Positions 1 through 14,273 of a DNA stretch of 64,000 bases are shown here, piece by piece. How positions within the stretch are numbered: position 1 is the stretch's first letter; each line of letters opens with the position of its first letter. The stretch is from Ruditapes philippinarum (Eukaryota). The DNA lies in contig NW_026861420.1 of NCBI RefSeq assembly GCF_026571515.1, positions 1 to 64,000 of the forward strand, given 5' to 3'. Position numbers and translations under genes: made by a program. The notes under the pieces are model-generated. The model did no database searches, was not told where the DNA came from, and saw nothing but the letters and a program-made list of their open reading frames with translations.

Positions 1-3000
1 CATGAAAATAATATCCTTACAAAACACTATATGAAAATAATCAAATGTATGTATGAAAATAAAATCTGTTTTAGAAAATAATTATCAAATAAGATCTTTA
101 ACGGAAATAAATTTGTATAAAAATATATATGTTCAAAATGACACCCATAAAAATAAGAAAATTCTATTGAAAATAAGATATCTGTAGGAAAATGATTTAT
201 ACCCAAAAAAAGATGAAGGAATTAAGGGAAAAATGAAATTTAGTAAAATAAAAGGTTAACTTTATTGCTTTAAGTGCTTTTAATTAGATAATGACGGGGT
301 TTGAAGAAAAAAAAATGAATAAGTTTGACACGTGCACAGATTATCGGCAGCAATAATGCGCTAATACTTTATTGGGTTATTGGATTTTCGATTACCGTAA
401 TTGACAACCACTTATTAAAACCATTTTTTAAAGGTGTTTATTGGCATTTATCAAGTCACCAAACCCCTATATCTTATTTTATATACTTATTCTTATTTTT
501 ATGGATTTCGTTATGAACAGATATTTTTAACCGAAATTTTATTTTGTTATAGATCTTTTTTTTATAAAGCAAAATTATTCATTTTAGAGGTTTTTTTTAA
601 AATATTTGATACAGTTTTTTATTAACTACAAATTTATTTTAAAAATTCTTTTTTTTTATAAAACATTTTTTTTGTACAATCTTATTTTCTAAAATTTATT
701 TTCAAAAGGAGCATTTTTTCTACAGTGCCATTTTTCGAATTTTTTTGTAAAAATTAAAGTCCCAAAAAACAGACATTTTTTCCCTACATTCTTAATTTTC
801 GCTTTAGATCTTTTATATTTTGAAAATTTTAATACAAAAATACGGAAACGTATAGCGACCACCCTTTGATACATATAAAAATGACCTTTTTTATTTTTTA
901 TAAATTTTTTTATATGTAAATATGCTTTGAGGAAAAAAAAATACTATTTAAAAAAGATTTAAATGTTTTTTCAGAAAAAATTAAAAGTATTTATTTGGCA
1001 TTTAAGATGAAAAACGTATTTAGATTCGAAAAAAAAGAAATAAATATTGATTTACGACATAACGATTTAATCTTTTTAAAAAATACAAATGTCTTGACTT
1101 TTTCGGTTTTAAGGAGATATAAATATTTTAAACCCCCAAAAAAATCCCGGGTCAAAAATAAAATGTTATTTTTGGGATGAAGGCACGTTTTTTTAATTTT
1201 TTTTCCATAAAAACCCTTTTTTTTGCCCCTTTTTGGAAATTTCAAATTCAGTGTCATCTTATAAAAATGGGCGAACAGAACTTTTAAAAAAATTTTCTTT
1301 TACTAAATGCTTTAAAATTAATTCAATTCCCCGTATAATACAAGGGGGCCTTTTGATCTTTGGTATTTAAGTAATACTTTGTGTTTAAAATTTTATTCTT
1401 TTAAAATTTATGCCGGAAGCATTTTTTAACTTTAACACGAGAAAAAAGATAGTTTTATAAAACCGTGTTTTTAATTGACCTTTGGTTAAAATTTAAAAAT
1501 TTCGCACCGGCAACATAAAAAAATTTAAAAATTCATTTAATTTCATTATAAAAAAAATTTAATTTATACCCTTTTAGTAAAAATCTTTAAATTTTTTAAG
1601 AGAAAATATTTAAATTTGTTTTTTCCAAATTTAATTATATACAACACTTTTTAAATTAATTTAATAATTCATTAATTTAACAAAAAATCATTGGGTTTAC
1701 CCCCCCGTAAAAATTTTAAAAAAATTAAAACTTCTTTTATTGAAAGAGACGGGGGGCCAAGGGTTGTTTAATTTGCCTTTCAAAAGAGAAGGGAGAGAGT
1801 TTTTCAAATTGAGGGTTTAGAAAAAGTAACAGAAACGTTTAATAAACATAGCACAAAGTCTTTAAAATTCCCGGAGTGAACAATTGTTTCTGCCCCTTTT
1901 TAAAATTTTCTCCAAAAAAGACCCCGGGTTATTCCTTACAACGGAGGGAAAATAGTCCGCCCTCGCAGATGAAATTCGTAAAATTTTTTAAATTTTTCGT
2001 TTTTTTTTATAATTAAACATTTTCTTTAAGCGGGAAAAAGACACCTATCTCGCATGTTTCTTTTGAAAAGATGTAAACGTGTTTTCCTTTTTATTTTCAA
2101 AAGGTTTTTGTCTTTTCAACATGTTAAGTATATCAATTTATTTTTATATTTCAAAATTAATAATAATTATTTTACATAAACATAAACCTTAACGCATAAA
2201 AGGGAATTGGCGGGTGTTGTGGGGTGGGGGGGGGAGCAAGTAAACCGGGGAGTGGGGGGGAGGGGGGCATCAGGAATTTTCTTTAAAGTAAAACTTAGGC
2301 AAATATCTAATTGTTATGGGCAGACTTTAAGAATACGGGACGGCGGTGGTTCTACCTGGGGGACGGGCTGTATCTGGTGGAAAAAGGGTTGACTTTGATT
2401 TGCTATCTTTAAAAGGGCCATTATCCCAAAAAAAAAGCAATTTTGGGGTTATTTCTAAAAAGGGCATTCAAATTTTTGGTATTTTGTTCCCACTTTAACT
2501 TTAATATTGAAATAATTAAAAAAATTTAAAATGGACTATCTTTTAATTCTAAAAAACTCTGTTGGCAAGTTTTAAATTAAATTTTTAAAGGGGAAAGTAA
2601 AATACTACTTTGTTTTACATTTTTCTACCTTTAAGAACATAACGGAATTTTTTTATTGTCCCTTTTTTTATTTGCTAAACATTTATATGCTTTAAATTAA
2701 ATTATTTAAAAAACATTATAAAACATGTTTTTGGACTTTTCTAAGAAAAAAAAAAATATTTTATTTTTTGAGGAATAATGTCCCTTTAAAAAATTAGCCC
2801 TTATAAAATTAATTAAACCAAATTCAAATTTTTAAATGTTTAAATTTTAACCGTAGCTAATTTTTCACAACCCAAATCTGATGTAGGTTTTTAAATCAAG
2901 TAACCCGGGAAAAGAAAATATTTGTTCATGTACATGCTTTTATCACATTTTAAAGGACCTTTTTGAAAATTTTTAACAACGTGGAAGTGTTTCCTCTTCA

Positions 3001-4534
3001 TATTATGGTGAACTATTTTACTTTCATAAAACTGAAGAAAAGTCTTTAAAGAAAAGAGTAGATCATGAGTAACACACGCTTTCAAATAAATAAATAAAAA
3101 ATTTAATAAAGAGTGCAGATTAATGGAGAAATTTAAAACTGCGAACAGGGTACACGATACCTATACCGTTAAAGTTGAATCTTTTTTTTCTATAACTTTT
3201 TTTCGTTTTACCCCTTTTTCTTTTCTTATTTTCTTTACCGAAAGTGTTCATTGCGTGTAACTCCTTATTCGGGTTATGTTTAGTACCTTTAAACGGTAAT
3301 GTAGAACTTCTGTACTGAGACATAATGACACTCGGAAATTTTGTAATTTTGATAGTTCAATTAAATCGAGATTTACCGCGAACATTATATGGATTTCTGC
3401 CAGAACTTTGTCTTGAAATGAATGTCAGATGTATATGTTTGTGTAAGGAAAGAGAATGACAGAAGGCAATTCATTTTTTTTTTCCAAATACTCGCTAACT
3501 TCTGCATACGATCACTTTTTATGCTCACGGGTTTAAATATTTTAAACGTAAATTTAAAAAAGGGATAACTATGTTATTAAAATTATTATTTTTTAAAGGC
3601 TTTAAAGGTTTTTAAAGTTATTTTTTTTTGATTTATTTAAAACACCATGTTTAAAAAAAAAGAGCGTTTTTTTTCTAAAGTAAAAATTTTTGGGGCCTTT
3701 TGGTAATTTTTTTCGCAGATTCCTAACTGTCTTCAGCATAATACATACATTTTAAAAATTTAACTGTACATAAGTACCGGGGTTTCCCTTTTATCATATT
3801 TTTTTAAGACTTTTTTTCTTTTGTTATTTTTATTTTCTGTTAAAAAATTACTAAAAAACGCCATCCCGAAGTATTCCGTACTTTGAACTTATTCGGTTAT
3901 TTTTTACTTTTTACGGTAAACTTTTAAATTTCCCGGGTTTTAATAATACCCTGTGTGATTTGGCTGGTTTATTCAATAAAACGAAAAATTTCGGAAGATG
4001 ACTCATGAAAACCATGTACACCCATATTTTTTAACCCGCGTTTACAACCGACAGTTGTTCGTCTTTTGTACTGGATAAATTCTATTTCTTAGCAGGATTA
4101 AATGGTTTCTTTCCATTTTTTACATGTAACAAAAATGAAAGCAATGACATTTGTAGAAAGAAATATTTTAGGATGCAAAAATTGCCCGATAAAAAAATGG
4201 TGATATGTTAATATAAAAATATTTTTTAATGGGTAATATATTTCCTTTTTTTTTTCTCCAAAATGTACAATGTGCTAACCAAATCTCAGTTTTATTAATG
4301 TATTTTAGCAAATCAGACAAATGTCAGACATGAATATTAAATTGTGTTTAGATGAGCTCCTGCCTAGGATTACATCACCCCCCTGCCTTTTATGAATGAA
4401 TCGGTATTTTTTTTTTTTTTTTTTTTTAATGCGTTTATTTTAAGGTCGCCGCCGGAAAAGCCAATATGGGCCCCGCGGTACACTAAAGTCGGGTAATCCT
4501 AGAGCGTCCGCCGAGATTTTTCGTCGATTTTTTT

Positions 4535-4658
4535 TTCCAGCTTTTTGGTGGAGGAAAGACCCCCAGGTGCCCCTCCGGGCATTATTTCAGGCACGAGCGG
4601 GCACCTGGGTAGAACCACCGACCTTCCGTAAGCCAGCTGGATGGCTTCCTCACATGAA
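4535..4658 (-). mobile_element. SINE body fragment (bivalve tRNA-derived SINE-like)
   Basis: GC-rich island ccagctt..ggtggagg..agaccc..caggtgcccctcc..gcattatttc..gggcacctgggtagaaccaccgaccttccgtaagccagctggatggcttcctcacatgaa. A diverged second copy of the same motif lies at ~32520-32580. It resembles a common oyster SINE from memory; not searched. Confidence 0.5.
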
Positions 4659-7260
4659 ATCGGTATAATTTATTCCAGCGCTTTTAAGTGTTGACATTTG
4701 AGTGGGACTAAAAAAAAGGATGGGAGCACCACACTAAATACCGGTATTCCCCGGTACATACCGGGCAAGGCGCTTGAATAATAAAATACTAAAATCTTGC
4801 CTTTTAACCCCAAGGAATGAACTGAAATAGGCCCCTTATTCATCTTTTCAGCAAACCGATTCATATTATGATAATTAATGAATGAAAAAATGTAAAAATC
4901 AAGCGAAAAAAAACGATATTTGTCTATTTTGGCGATTCATGATTTCTGCAAGCGTCTAGAGGTACTGCTCCAATCCTGTATTGAGTTAAAATCTCTTTGA
5001 CATTTTGAGTTACCGCTAAAACCGGTGCTAGAAGGCGTGAGGGATGTTGGACTTTTTAAAGTTATCGTCATGTATTATTCCCATAAAACAGAGGGGTGGC
5101 AATTTTCATGCAATTATTGATTTTAATGCTTCCGAGACTTTTTTTCGGATATGTATTATATCACCAAGCAGTGTCACAGCTTTCCAACAGCTTCATAGTA
5201 ACTGCATGTGCCAAGTGGTGGCAGCCGTACATTAGTTGGGCCTCGTAGCTTTCATGTTGGTTATATTTTTGTCTAGTCCTTAATGTCCATTGATTTTTCC
5301 AGCGCTTTTAAGTGGCCAGAAATAACTTTGTTTCGCGGGTAGTTTTAAAGCGGAAACCCGGCGGAGTCCCCAAAGAAGCTATTAATAATTCCGGGGCTTA
5401 CCTGCATTTGGAAACTTTGCTTCTGATTTCGTGTACATGCCACTAAACATGCAATACATGGTTTTTACTAAGTTTTGACAATATACTTTATTTGTTTCTC
5501 AGTTGATTGTGGAACCATATAATTAATAAAAGGTAAGTTGATTAGATGGGATAATCCTTGCTTTTTGCTGTTTACAATTTTAACTTTTTAAAGGGTAGCG
5601 CAATAACACAGCTCTAATTACCGTTTTAAATTTCTTTGTTAAAAGTCGTATATGAATTTAGTGTTACCTTGTGGTTTTCACTTTTAAAATTATAATTTCT
5701 GACAGTATTTTATAAGATTTTTTTTAACTTTATTGTTAAAAAAGGTTAATAAAATTGTAAAACTGCTAAGGTTTATAGTACGACGGCACAAAAAATTTCT
5801 ACAATTTATAAAAATGAGCTTTAAATTGAATATCTTTAAAGATCCTGAATGTCATTCATTCATGATGGAACAATATTTAAATGAAATCTTATTTATGTAT
5901 AAAATTTTCTCCTAAATGAATTTCCAAATGTCGGATAATATGTTTAATATGTAATACAAATGCTAATACGCATTAAAAAGAAAATCTTAAAAAATATATT
6001 TAATTCATTTCTTATTGAATCATTTTTGTTTCCAGACTTTATCGGAACATAAATTTCTAATTACCCCCCTTTATTTCATTAAATGGTAAATTCGGGAATT
6101 CATGGGTGTTTTAGAACTTACAATGGTTGATAAATCTTTACTTGAGCGGTCAATGATTTATGATTTAAAAATGAGTTTCAGGATCTTTAAACAAAGACGC
6201 GATTGCAGAAAAAGAATTACTCGGTAGGAAAAACCACTCGAATGTCTGTTATTACCTAAACTAAATAAACTTTGAAACAAAAAACCTTGGATGAATTTTG
6301 TGTGTTGAATATCATTTCTGCAAAAATTTTTAATGAATATATTTTGAATATAGCTGTTTTTGTCATTTGTTTGTTACTGTTCGTGGTTTTTTTTTCCATT
6401 GGGCCATTGAAATAACAATACAAGATGTAATCGGTTATCAGCTAGGATCACGTGTGGACATTATGCTGTTATTTCACTTGGTTTCTTGATCAGCTTCCCT
6501 GTCTTCCAAGGTTTTTTTTTTAATTATTCAAACACCCCTGGGAGCATAAATAGAATTTTTAAGATTTTTTCAAAAATATTCCAAATTACATAGGGGTTTA
6601 ACCTCTTACCAACAAAGTTACAATTTTTTTTTACCAAAGAAAAAACATTTTTTGCCACCACTTTTTTCTTGGACAGGCTGTAAAGCAGCTTCGAAAGTAC
6701 TCATGTTTTTCTTTTCACCCCCTAAATTCCCAAAAAACGTGCTGATAACTTCATTTACATGCTGGGGAAAAAGTACTCTTCGAAAATGTTTTTACGACAA
6801 TCACAGTAAAATGACTTTCCCCATCCGAGATTCGAATCCCGGGTACCCAAAGTTTACTTCGACCCGGGAACGGTAGGATACCCCCAAATTTCCCCAAAGC
6901 ATGCGTATGTCTTTTATATTGACTTGGACTGCCTTCACCCTCTATGTCTTCATTCATCTTTTGGGCAGACGTTGGAAATTATGTAAGTATAATAATTATT
7001 GAATCAATCGTTGCTTACATTTTCAATATGCGAATCAAACGAAATTATATGAAACCAGAGAAACCACCGACAAAACAATTATCGTATCTTTCCTACATTA
7101 AATATACAATTGAAAATTCAAAAAAATCTGGAGACAAAGTGTCCCCTCGGAAGCATTAATACAACAAAAATTATCACGAGAACTTCAGACTCGGTTTTGA
7201 AATTGAGTCTGTAACATGAGGGATAATGAAATATGTGCAACATCCCTCACGCCCCCCCCC

Positions 7261-7700
7261 CTTAGCACCGGCCTTGAGCGATAGACTCCTATTCTTAGTC
7301 ACGGGGGTGCTACAACGGGGGCGCGGAGCGAGATTAAGAAATAAAACAAAACAGCGCTTATTAGGCGAGGGCGCGGGGCGAAGTTTAATAAATAAAACTT
7401 TGCCTCTGACTAATAAGAGTGTTTTCCGCGTCCAACGACCCCGCCAAGCGAAAAGTCGATAAAATAAGCCAAGTTAAAATGGTAGGGGCGCGGTAGCGAA
7501 AAACTGGCGGGGCGCTAATAAGTGTGCTTTCGCTGTGGCGCCCCCGCCGTTTTAATTTTCTTAATCTTTGTCTCGCTCATTAAACTTTCGCCCGGCCCCG
7601 CGCTCTTGCTAATTAAGCGTGTTTTCGTCCCGCGCACACGCCGCCGTTTTAAACTTGTCTAACGATGCGTTATCGGGTGGGGTCGCGGGCGAAAACAACG
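7261..7700. repeat. GC-rich foldback/MITE-like element with internal inverted repeats
   Basis: ~7350-7390 (aacagcgcttattaggcgagggcgcggggcgaagtttaat) is imperfectly inverted at ~7580-7623 (attaaactttcgcccggccccgcgctcttgctaattaagcgtgtt). Sharp GC contrast with the flanks. Confidence 0.5.
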
Positions 7701-9464
7701 AATGACACAAATCAACCATCATAGTTTTAACTACGATACGAAAATGTTCACAATCAAATAATCATAAAGTATTATGCAGAAACTGTGAATATTATGAAAG
7801 AAAACCCTACATAAGTATCTAGTCAGGCGAACCTAATGTTTGCTTATCAAACTGTTGGGGTATTTTTTCGGGATAAAAGAATACGCACGATTTCAATCGT
7901 TCTCTGTTTCTGAGGCGGCTTGAAAATTTGTGCAGTCTCGTGCAACTTGGGGCCGAATTTTATTTTAAATGAAATCCCAATAAAAGTACATGTATGTCAT
8001 ATATCTAATATTTGTTTCAGATATAAATGTTGTTATCCAGTTGGAAGTAACTTATTCTTAAACTGATTAGATTTGATAGAATTAATGTACTGTGCCGCTA
8101 ATGGATAATGTGAGAGTGAAACGTTGCAATTTTTGAGTACAATCTTTGTCTGAATAGGTAAACAAGGGTATTAAGAAGTGAATATGATTCAAAATCAGAA
8201 ATAAGAAAATTTGAAAAAGTGCTCGATGGCAAAGTTGGTTAAGTCACTAGGGATGCCAAACAAATTAAATTGTTCATGAGTTCGAGCCACCAAGTTTGTC
8301 AAACCTTTTTTTTTCCTTTTTCCTTTCCCTATTTTTATTTTTTACAATGAGATGCAAATTAATTGGAATATAAAGGCGGTTTTTGTTATAATTTTTCGAA
8401 TAATTTATATATACCGGTAAATAATAATTTTTATTTCTGTGATTGGTGTATTATATATAAGGTAACAAATGTAGTACTTTTGCAGTGCAATAAGTTTTTC
8501 GATGCCAACCTTAACTATAGGTTTGAAACAATTTTATGTACATGTATGCATTCCGTATCAAAGGTTTGCACCAACTTGCTAGATATAGCAACATTTAAAA
8601 AAAAAAAGTGAAATGAGAAGTTAATAGAAAATAACACAGCGCCTAAATAATCTTTTAACAAGAAAAAAAAAGAAATTCTTAATCGATTGATAATTATACA
8701 AAAAATTTTGGGGCCGGGAAACCCGGCTGCTTGGGATTGATATGTAACTAAAGATTTTCCACACAACCCTTTTCCTACTTGGGGTTACGCCCCCAGTTTG
8801 GGAAAAAATTTGGGCCCAATTTTTTTTAAAATTTTTATGGAAGCCTGCTTGAATTAAGATAATTTAAAAACAAAATGATAATGTTTTTAAAACCGTTAAA
8901 GTGGACCCTTGACCACCGTTCACTAAATAATTTTTCCGAAAAAGGGACAGTGATTCAAAATAAAAACAGGTGATTTTGCTACGGATAAAGCCCCATTTTA
9001 CAGATAAGTAAATTTTTTTCGACCCTGCTTTTTTATCCAAAGAACACTATTAATAAACGATATAAAATCAAACATGTGTTATGCTTTCATTAGAAATGCG
9101 TTTTTGAAATTTTTTGATTTTCCTCACTTCAAAACAACAGTTCAACAGTACCGGTTAAATTAGGTTTCAATATGGCTGTTACACTTACAGAGTGGTGAAA
9201 ATCCGGGAAGTTTTTCAACAACCCCCACCCACCCCTCATTTGTTTACAAAATAAGATCATAGGCAGGTGGTGCTATCGACTTTGAACTACGTACAGCGCA
9301 GATGCTTGTGGTGTTTCCGAAGAAAAACGTTGATAAAGTGGTAACAACGTACAGACTGTTGAACCTATGCATATTACTATGGAATATCCGTTAGGGCCAT
9401 CGTAGTTATACTTTATAATCCAGAAGGGCAACAATAAGACAGTGGGCGATATAGAACAAACGAC

Positions 9465-9612
9465 GACAATACAACCGTGCGATTTACGACAATGCGATAG
9501 TGCGATGGCGACAATGCGATGGCGACAGTGCGACAATGCGATAGTGTGATGCCGATAATGCGATGCCCGGACAGTGCGATAAGGCAATGGGACAATTACG
9601 ATAGTGCGATGG
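9465..9612. repeat. Degenerate 8-bp minisatellite (CGATAGTG/CGACAATG)n
   Basis: Directly visible tandem units gcgatagt/gcgacaat/gcgatggc. They explain the spurious ORFs 9273-9587 and 9413-9595. Confidence 0.85.
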
Positions 9613-9987
9613 GCTTAACATGTACTAGAAATTTACAATCTATACATAATTTTATCTATATAATTATCTAAAATAGAGAGGTCAGCAATTTTCAGTAGTT
9701 TTTAACTGTTCAAGCAGTTTTTCGCAAGGACGAACATGAATCAATCTTGAAGAGCACATCTATCTTGCTACATATCCATTAAATCGAATATACAACTACC
9801 AATACCTACCAATTTTAACCTCCTTGTATCTATACACCGTTAATTTTCATAAAATATATATAAGATGGGGCATTTTTTTTGATTACTTGGTAAACCGAAG
9901 CGCGCCAAACTATTTCTAAAAGAACAGGTAAATAAATATGATGAGATAAAGAAACATTGCTATACTAAATTCTGTGTCCACATGTTT

Positions 9988-10043
9988 TATATATATACTT
10001 ATATATAATATATATATATATATATATATTATATATTATATAT

Positions 10044-10076
<33 letters not shown>
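9988..10076. repeat. (TA)n microsatellite, imperfect
   Basis: Run of alternating TA with a few interruptions. Confidence 0.95.
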
Positions 10077-12257
10077 AGTAGTTCTCCAAAACAGCTTAAA
10101 ATACTTGCGATGTAAAAAGAAAGAAATATTTTGGTTACAAGTATCAAACAAATTACAAACGCATTCAAAGTTTAAAAAAGTAGCGTTGGCTTATAGAAAT
10201 TGTCAATACATGTACGCGGAATGAATATGATTTTTAATCAATTAAAATGCTGTTTTTAGCGACATGTCAGGATATACAGGAAAATACATATTAGAATATA
10301 CAGGTACGATTGCGATAGCAACGATGCAAAATACCAGAAAAAAAATAAAAAAAAAAAAAGGGAAGAAAAAAAAAAAAAAAAACAGAGCTTGCAGCCCCTT
10401 TTGATTATTCTTGGGGACAATACTAACGCCTTTTCATGGAATGGCACTTCTGTGTCACATTGAAGGTTCCATGATACCCGCGGTTTGGGTACATTTGGTT
10501 TATTTTTAAAATTCAAATTTTTTAACCCCTTTTTTTTTAAAATGGGGTGAAAATTTGCTTAAGACGGTGCCGGGGGCGTAGAAAAGGTGTTTGCACTTAA
10601 AATTACCGTCCCTAAAAAAGGGCAATAAATTAACATTTTCAAGTTTTGGCGTTGTTTTACCTTTGAGGGAAAGACGATTTCCGTGCTTTTTATAAAGGCC
10701 GAAAATTAAAATCTTTAAACCTTTTTTTTTTCTTTTTTACAATTGAAGAAATTAATTGATTGATCGAAAAAAATTTTTTGGGAAAAATAATTTCCCCCGG
10801 AAGAATTTTAAAACAAAATTACCCTGAAAATTGAGACTCGGTTTGATTTTAGTCTATACATGAGGGATAATGAAAAAGTGGGAAACATCCCTCACGCCCC
10901 TAGATATTATAGCACAGAAAACAATAAATAAGATAATTAAAGTTCGGAAAATTTTACATTATATACTTTTTTTAACAAGTAAATTATTACTGTGAAACAG
11001 GTGCCTTTTTGATTAACTAATATCTCACAACTTTTTTTCAGCAATAAATTGGGGCAATAGTCGATGAGTCACGCGGTTATACAAAACATATGAACACCGG
11101 GTCAATAAAGGTCCAATGGTTTAATTTTACGATCTTGATTGAAATTTGAAAGTAAGCAAAAAAACAACATTTCCTTCTGTTTTTTCGAATGTTCGTATTC
11201 GTATTCCGTTTTTTCGATGTTCGATTTCGAATAAATTCCAAATATATTTCCCCCCTATATTAATTCCTTGAATCAAATCGTTTGCTTACATTTTCAAATA
11301 TGTATAACGAATCAAAACGAAATTTACATAAACGAGGAAACCACCGCAAACATACTTTCTTTCCTTGTTGGTTTTGTTTATCATATTTTACAGAAAAATA
11401 TTATACAAATTATCGACGGGAAATATGGGGACAGGGAACATATTCGAATGATGGACCCGATCAATTTTTTTTAATAACTCAGACATGGTGTTTTGAAGGT
11501 ACTGGAAACTTCTGATATTTCTCTGTCATTGTAATTCTTTCTCGTTTGTGTGTAGGAAACGAGCAGTATTTTTGTTGTTTTTTTACCCAAAACTAAGCAT
11601 TTTGGTAGCTTTGTATGTATTTGTGACTCTCCGAATGGAGGTGAAAAAGTTGAAAATCAAGCTTTGACAGTTGGCCGCCAAACAAGATAAATTTTGTGAA
11701 AAATCTAAACGCATGACAGACACTTTATTGGTCATTTTTTGAAAATGCATAGCTTGCACTGCGTGTAAGTGATATTTTTTTAGGAAATCGGGCCCGGAAT
11801 TACTAGAGGTATGCTGCACCTTCATGAAGATTGCCCATATTGGTAATATTTTAGATGTGATTTTGGCTGGGTGGGGGTAAATATAAATATAAATAATAAA
11901 GATAAATATAATGTAAATATAAATTGCTGTCAGTCATTTGTTTAAGGAGCAATGCATGCAAACTATTATTTTCTTCAATGTATGTCATAAATAATTGAAT
12001 AATGCTGTGCAACTGGTTATCTGCGCAGGATTGATTCGTATGATTTGATGATGGGCCACTTAATTCTTACCCTCCTGCCAATCCTGGTAATTATAGTACC
12101 ATCAGAATAAAATTGAAAATTAAAACATTCCACAGACCATTTTTAATGACACTAAAACATTTTACAAAAATTGACTATATTTTCCTTTGGAAAGCAATTT
12201 AATAATTAAAAAAAAAAATTCAAAGAAAAAATGTTGTTTTTTTTATTTGATAATATT

Positions 12258-12635
12258 TTGCCATGGCAAACTTTTATGTAATTGCCATGGACTTGCCATG
12301 GCAAATTTTTGCCATTGAATTGCCATGGAAAAATTTTTTGCCATGGAATTGCCATGGCAAATTTTGCCATGGAAGAAATTTGCCATGGCATTTCTATGGC
12401 AAAAATTTGCCATGGCAAAATGAAAAAAATTAGAGATTGCAATAAAAACATAACAATAGCACCAATAACATGTCATAGGATAAGTTTTAGAATGTTTTGT
12501 GATGTTTTAAAAAAAATAATTACCATGGCAAAAGTAGGAAAAATCTTGCCATGGCAATTCTAAATTGCCATGGCAAATTATTTGCCATGGCAAAATGCCG
12601 AAATGCCATGGCAAAACACACTTTGCCATGGCAAA
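12258..12635. repeat. Array of ~17 copies of the palindromic 12-mer TTGCCATGGCAA with variable spacers
   Basis: Two blocks (~11 copies at 12258-12420 and ~6 at 12520-12635) separated by a ~100-bp spacer. It produces the repetitive spurious ORFs on both strands at 12206-12563. Confidence 0.9.
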
Positions 12636-14273
12636 TGCAAACTTTCAATGCATTTTTACAAAAAAGTATTAAAGATAGAAAAACAAAACATATTATCTTT
12701 TAAACCATTTAGTAAATATGACAATTTAAGATAGTTTTCATTTTTTTAAAGCGCGTAAAAATAGGGGTTGAATTTGCCAAAAACTGGTGCGGCAAAAAGA
12801 AACCGGCAGCTATTATTTGATAATTTTCACTGTGAAATTATCAAATGTAATTTTCACAGAGAATCAGTTATCCACTCAAAAGCATACAATGAATAATACA
12901 AATATACTAAAAAATGTTTAACTACTGACACATTTATATTGCAATAATGTTTCTAAAATTCAACCAATCCAATGAAAATACACTGCAGCTGTATATACAT
13001 GTATAATAGCATGTCATTTAAAATGTAATGCTTTTTAAGTTCAGCAGAACTGAATTAAACACATTTCTCATATGTATTTAAGTGTAAACATTTGTACCCA
13101 TTTTAAGAAATTATTCGCGAAATAACCCGAGTAAAAGATCTAATTATCTATTGAAATTAAGTAATAAAAGTACCAAAATAGGTTTAATGATAAAAAGGCA
13201 GGTAACATGGGTAATGGTTTCCCACATGGAAAGCCCTGACTGACAGTTTTCTGATAACTGAATAAAAACAATGATATAGTTCAGTACAAATCAGTTTATC
13301 AATATTGTGCGATGGGAGAAGAATCTTAACTGGGTAAGACCCCTTTTAACATATCTGATATAATAATGATGAGATGAAATAATTTTTCTTATTTTGTTTT
13401 CATAAAAACATATTCATATTGACATTTATGTTATAAGTTAGGAAGCTGTTGTAGATGATGTTATCACAGCTTATAACAAAATCATTCGAGTGCTAACTAA
13501 CACGCTACACTCATAAAAATGGTATGATAATAATCTCATGACAATGATAATAATTTGTAAATATACAATGTACAATGATATAGATGGAGGTTCAGTTAAT
13601 AACTCTAGGTTCAATGGATCGAAGCACAAATAGCGCTTAAGATACTTGAATCTTGTATGTTGGCATGAGAGATTTGCACATTTGATTATCACTCATGCAC
13701 ATTTCACTGTTTGTATGTCTAACGCCAATTTTAACACATGTTTTGGTCGTAATTTCGCGGTCGATCTACCTCTTGATAACTAACCAGCAATTACCAATTT
13801 CTTCGCAAGTGGCCGACTACTTATCCGACAATTATCAGCGGTAACCGAGATCTGTTGAAACTGAAAATATTTGCTCTGACGGAAGTTCGGACCAGATGCC
13901 ATTCGATTTCAAACAAAAGAGTATTGATTTCGAAACAGTTACGAATAACGTATAGATGAACATTGAGTGATTCATTGCAAAACATGCTCGGTTGAAAGAT
14001 TGTCTTTGTTCCTGTTTTTTATATCCATAAAATATAGATAACACTGAGCAAAGAAGTGTACGTATGATCTATCACTTTTGAAAAATAAACTTGTCTTTCT
14101 AGCGGTTTCACTTGATTATCACGATTAATTATTGATTGGTAGATAAACCCAATGTTCCTCGTTCGTTCGTTATAATGAAATAGCAAATAATTTTATGATT
14201 CTCTCATATAACCGTTAATCTATTTCTCTCATTATTGAATAACAGTTATTTGTTTTCATTTCAGATACATAAA

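Noticed and set aside
8221-8330. tRNA-like A/B boxes (tggcaaagttgg ... gagttcgagcc), plus a similar B-box-like sequence near 6830
   Set aside because: No cloverleaf can be formed. At best a degenerate SINE head in low-quality sequence, so not called as tRNA.
12258-12635. CRISPR-like appearance (palindromic repeat with variable spacers)
   Set aside because: The repeat is only 12 bp, spacers are very short and irregular, there are no cas genes, and the context is eukaryotic.
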